Shown in pieces: positions 42,301-45,602 of a stretch of DNA of 45,602 nt. How positions within the stretch are numbered: position 1 is the stretch's first letter; the number at the start of each line of letters is the position of its first letter. Origin of the DNA: Choristocarpus tenellus KU-1152. Taxonomy: Eukaryota > Protista > Phaeophyceae. Under the pieces are notes generated by a model. That model saw only the letters and a list, made by a program, of their open reading frames with translations. It was not told the origin of the DNA and did not search any database. Location of the stretch: NCBI GenBank assembly GCA_964200185.2, contig CAXNAD020000023.1, positions 1-45,602 of the forward strand, written 5' to 3'. A program made the position numbers and the translations under genes.

Positions 42301-45068
42301 TTGCACACAATAGCACTTTCACACAATAATGGACCTATATTTTCTCGGTATATGCCCAAAACCTGACATTTGTATGTACCTAGGAAAATATATAAACTCC
42401 TCTCCATCAGCCACATTGAGTCGGTGATCCTCAATGGTCTTGGTCAGTTGACGCTTATTATCTTGTTGCTGCTCATAGCATGCTCGCAACACCTTATCCA
42501 TAGTCAGGTCAATGTCCACCAACTGCCACAGGGGATGGTGCACTTAAGTCACGTTAAGTTGAATTTTTAATATTATTGTCACACAAAATCCGTTGCAAGC
42601 TGTGCCTTCATGCTACACCCTTGTATGTCTTGTGTACAACAGATGCAGGAACAGAAGGAGGTAAACATAGTCATATGCACCTGTTCAACTTGATCAGTGC
42701 CATACTTCTCAGCATGGGTTTTTGATCCAATGTAGACCCTTCCGGAAGACTTTGAGCATTGAAGAATAGCCCGAGCAAGATCCATTTTCCTTGCCTCACT
42801 GAGCGCCCACCAGTAATTATTAGGTCCTTCCCCACGGAGTACAGGACTGCGACGCTCAAAATGTTCTTTCTGAAAGATATGGACAGGGACATCAGTCACA
42901 TAGTAGTTCCAGTCAGAATCAATGACGAGAGAGAAATTGGTGTCACCATATTCTAACACAAGAGAACCATCTCTGATAAGATCAACAACCTCACAGGATA
43001 GCAAAATCTGAGACATGCAGACATGCAAACATACATACACACATACATACCAAGACTGACTAACACTAAAAAAAAAATCTGTGCTGAGTTCTTTTATTCC
43101 CAGACAACAAAGGACCAACTTTGTGACCGTAGTTCATTAACTCTCTACCTTTACTAATTTATTTGTGTCCTCTGGAATGTGTGTAAGCTGTGAGTAAGGT
43201 CTATCTGTGTTGAAACAAGAGTAGCTACTTCAAAGTAAAATACTCAGGGAGGAGCCCAATAGATCTCTCACTGACCTCATCCAATGGTGCTAAGACTTGA
43301 TCGATCACAGCTGACACAGTTCGCAAATGAACGAAAGACTGCCCTTCCCCTTGTGACATACATGAGCGCATCTGGCGGGAGCTTCGCTTGAAAATGCCTG
43401 TCATCACCTCCAGGTAAAGATCCATTGCCTGTTGAGGTTAGGAACTGTGTGGGTTTGGATAGAATTGGTGCCGAAACCTGTTTGAATTCTAGAGTACTAC
43501 CCAGAACTTCTGAAGTACTTCAAGCACAAAAATATACTGTAGTATATGTATACATGTGACTTTTGCCTAGTATAAATAATCATGACTAGAAAACAAAGAA
43601 ATGCATGGTGTCCCTCAAAGCGTTGCATAGTTAGCTACTTGATGGGGGAGTACCTATAAGTATTATTTGATGTAAGGAAGGGTGACTATGTACCAAGGGA
43701 AAGGAAACTTCTTTCTACCTTCCCCCCTCTTGGTTTCTTAGGTGTTGAAGTATTGAAGTATTGAAGTTAGTGTATTGGTGTATTGGTGTATTGGTGTATT
43801 GGTGTATTGGCGTATTGGCGTATTGGTGTATTGAAGTATTAAGTATTGAAGTATTGAGGTATGAAGTATTGATGTATTGAAGTATTGAAGTATTGAAGTG
43901 ACACTCCTACAATCTCCCACTTCACCCAACAAACATGAAGTCCCCTGACACACCTGAGGTGTGTAGGACAGCTCATGGACCCAGCCCAAAAGCATGCCAA
44001 AAAGCTCTACTCTCCCACTTCCCGAGCTATAGTGCACTACTGATGCTTTCAGTCCTTCCATCTTAGAGGCTGAAACCTCACGGTCCCCCTCACAAGTGGA
44101 AAAAATAAAAGCCTGAGATGAATGGGAGTGATTATGAGATGATAAAGAACTTATAAGCTGGAAGAAGGGGGAAATCATTCTCCATCAACAAATGCCACAT
44201 GAAAAGTATGTAAAGTATGGTAAGGTGACATGCTTCACCGCCCTTGCTTCTTCCAAGTGCAGAAGACAAGCCTGTATCAATGAATCTACACATTCAAATA
44301 CAGGAACCTTTCATTGAGTAAATTGACATGTGTTGACTACAATAATGTTAGTTGGACAAGGTGCTAGTATCTACTTTACCATCTATTGGGAGTACAATCT
44401 ATATTTGCACTACTAGTATTTTGATTGGGGTGTGTATCAACAGCGCACATAAGTACCACACCAGATCCTGAAAAAAAAAAGAGTCAAATACACCAGCAAA
44501 CAATTCACCATCACAGCAAGAGGTAAGGGAGAGGCTATCGAACTGTGTAAAGTTTACTATTTCAAATTGTACTTGGTGACTTCAAATAGAAAGAGACATA
44601 TATGTGTTAGCTGTTAGAAGTACCTAGTATGTACATAAAAATATGCTCTAACTCACTTCAATGGCTCTTTCTGACTCCACTCGGGGAAGGCCTTGCATGT
44701 CATGGACAGCATCCAGTAGCATCTTCCAACAAAGAGTGTGCAAAGAGTGTGCAAAGAGAAACAAAGGGAAAAACCACATAGACTTCTTGACAAGTAGGAA
44801 TTACACCTAGCTCAGAGGTAAATATTGAGGACAATTCAACTGCCTGTTGGAGGTAGTGAGTTATAAGATGCGGTGACTACTAGTCAGTGGTATGCCAATA
44901 TTTGTTTGTTCTCACCTTTTTAGCATAGAGGTTAGGGATATACGTTGCCTGCAATGCATAGCAGCTTATAGTTACCCCATTCCCTTTTGATGTAACTGGA
45001 ACATTGTGATGCTTTCCTTTTCCATCCACCTCATTGGATAAACGTTGATTGCTCTCCTGTTTTGCATT
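39349..45068 (-). CDS. IQ calmodulin-binding motif protein, 5'-partial
   Basis: Exons: 45068-45030 (tentative), 44722-44657, 44112-43954, 43428-43276, 43007-42681, ~42520-42380, uncertain small exons at 42235-41960, 41788-41624, 41505-41446, 41143-41072, 39935-39807 (AVKIQALARGYRVRQ, an IQ motif) and 39387-39349 (stop, tentative). Confidence 0.65.
43742..43898. repeat. 8-bp satellite GTATTG(AA/GT/GC)
   Basis: Direct inspection. Confidence 0.85.
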
Positions 45069-45545
45069 CTGATGTCAGAGCCGAGCATCATCCAGACTCG
45101 TGCTTAGAATGCTGCTGCCTCGCATTAGTATTGAACTCAACTCACACAAGAGGATCATCAAATTCCATATCATTGCAAATGATAGAATACCAGGTGCCTA
45201 ATACTTGCCTTTTCAGAGCTATCTGAAGGATGAGGGAAATGAATCAACTCATTGTGGATCAGAGTACTTGTAGTGACATCAGTGCTTGCTAGGAATTTGT
45301 TTTGCCTGACTAAAGAGCTCGTTGCAAAAAAAGCAAAAAATAGGTGTACAGAATTGCTGTATTTAGTTTTAATCTTTCTCACACATAGAGCTATAGATCG
45401 ATCACAATCCAAAATATATCGGATTCTAGTGATCATTCTAGTCAGCTCACAGAATGGGATGAAATGCTTCCCACTACAACATTTTTTCCACAGATATATG
45501 TAGCAGTGCTTTAAATAATGCCAAGAAGCAAAAAAATGTAATGTA

Positions 45546-45602
45546 ACATACATACATACATACATACATACATACATACATACATACATACATACATACA
45601 TA
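45546..45602. repeat. (ATAC)n microsatellite
   Basis: Perfect tetranucleotide run to the end of the window. Confidence 0.95.

Overview
Eukaryotic, intron-rich, AT-biased DNA, most likely from a stramenopile (brown-alga-like, inferred from the U1-C sequence style and long introns; the species cannot be determined). Five spliced genes were reconstructed by phase-matching exons. (1) A POLQ/HELQ-family SF2 helicase on the minus strand, 19402 to <1642, whose 3' end is not identifiable in the window. (2) U1 snRNP protein C on the plus strand, 19736-21431. (3) A kinesin-light-chain-type TPR protein on the minus strand, 25548-22705. (4) A ~860-aa coiled-coil protein on the plus strand, 25727-37500. 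(5) A partial IQ-motif protein on the minus strand, >44722 to 39349. Genes 1/2 and 3/4 are head-to-head across very short CpG-rich spacers in otherwise CpG-depleted DNA. Introns carry many minisatellites, short tandem duplications and short telomere-type (TTAGGG)n tracts. Main unexplained signals: all eight perfect telomeric tracts read CCCTAA on the pre-mRNA strand, and one abuts a 3' splice site; promoters look like CpG islands; U1-C intron 1 holds a hidden consensus donor and 18-nt micro-exon (possible autoregulation); GC donors, frequent AAG acceptors and frame-preserving duplications of splice donors occur. No prokaryotic system, CRISPR array or autonomous transposon was seen.
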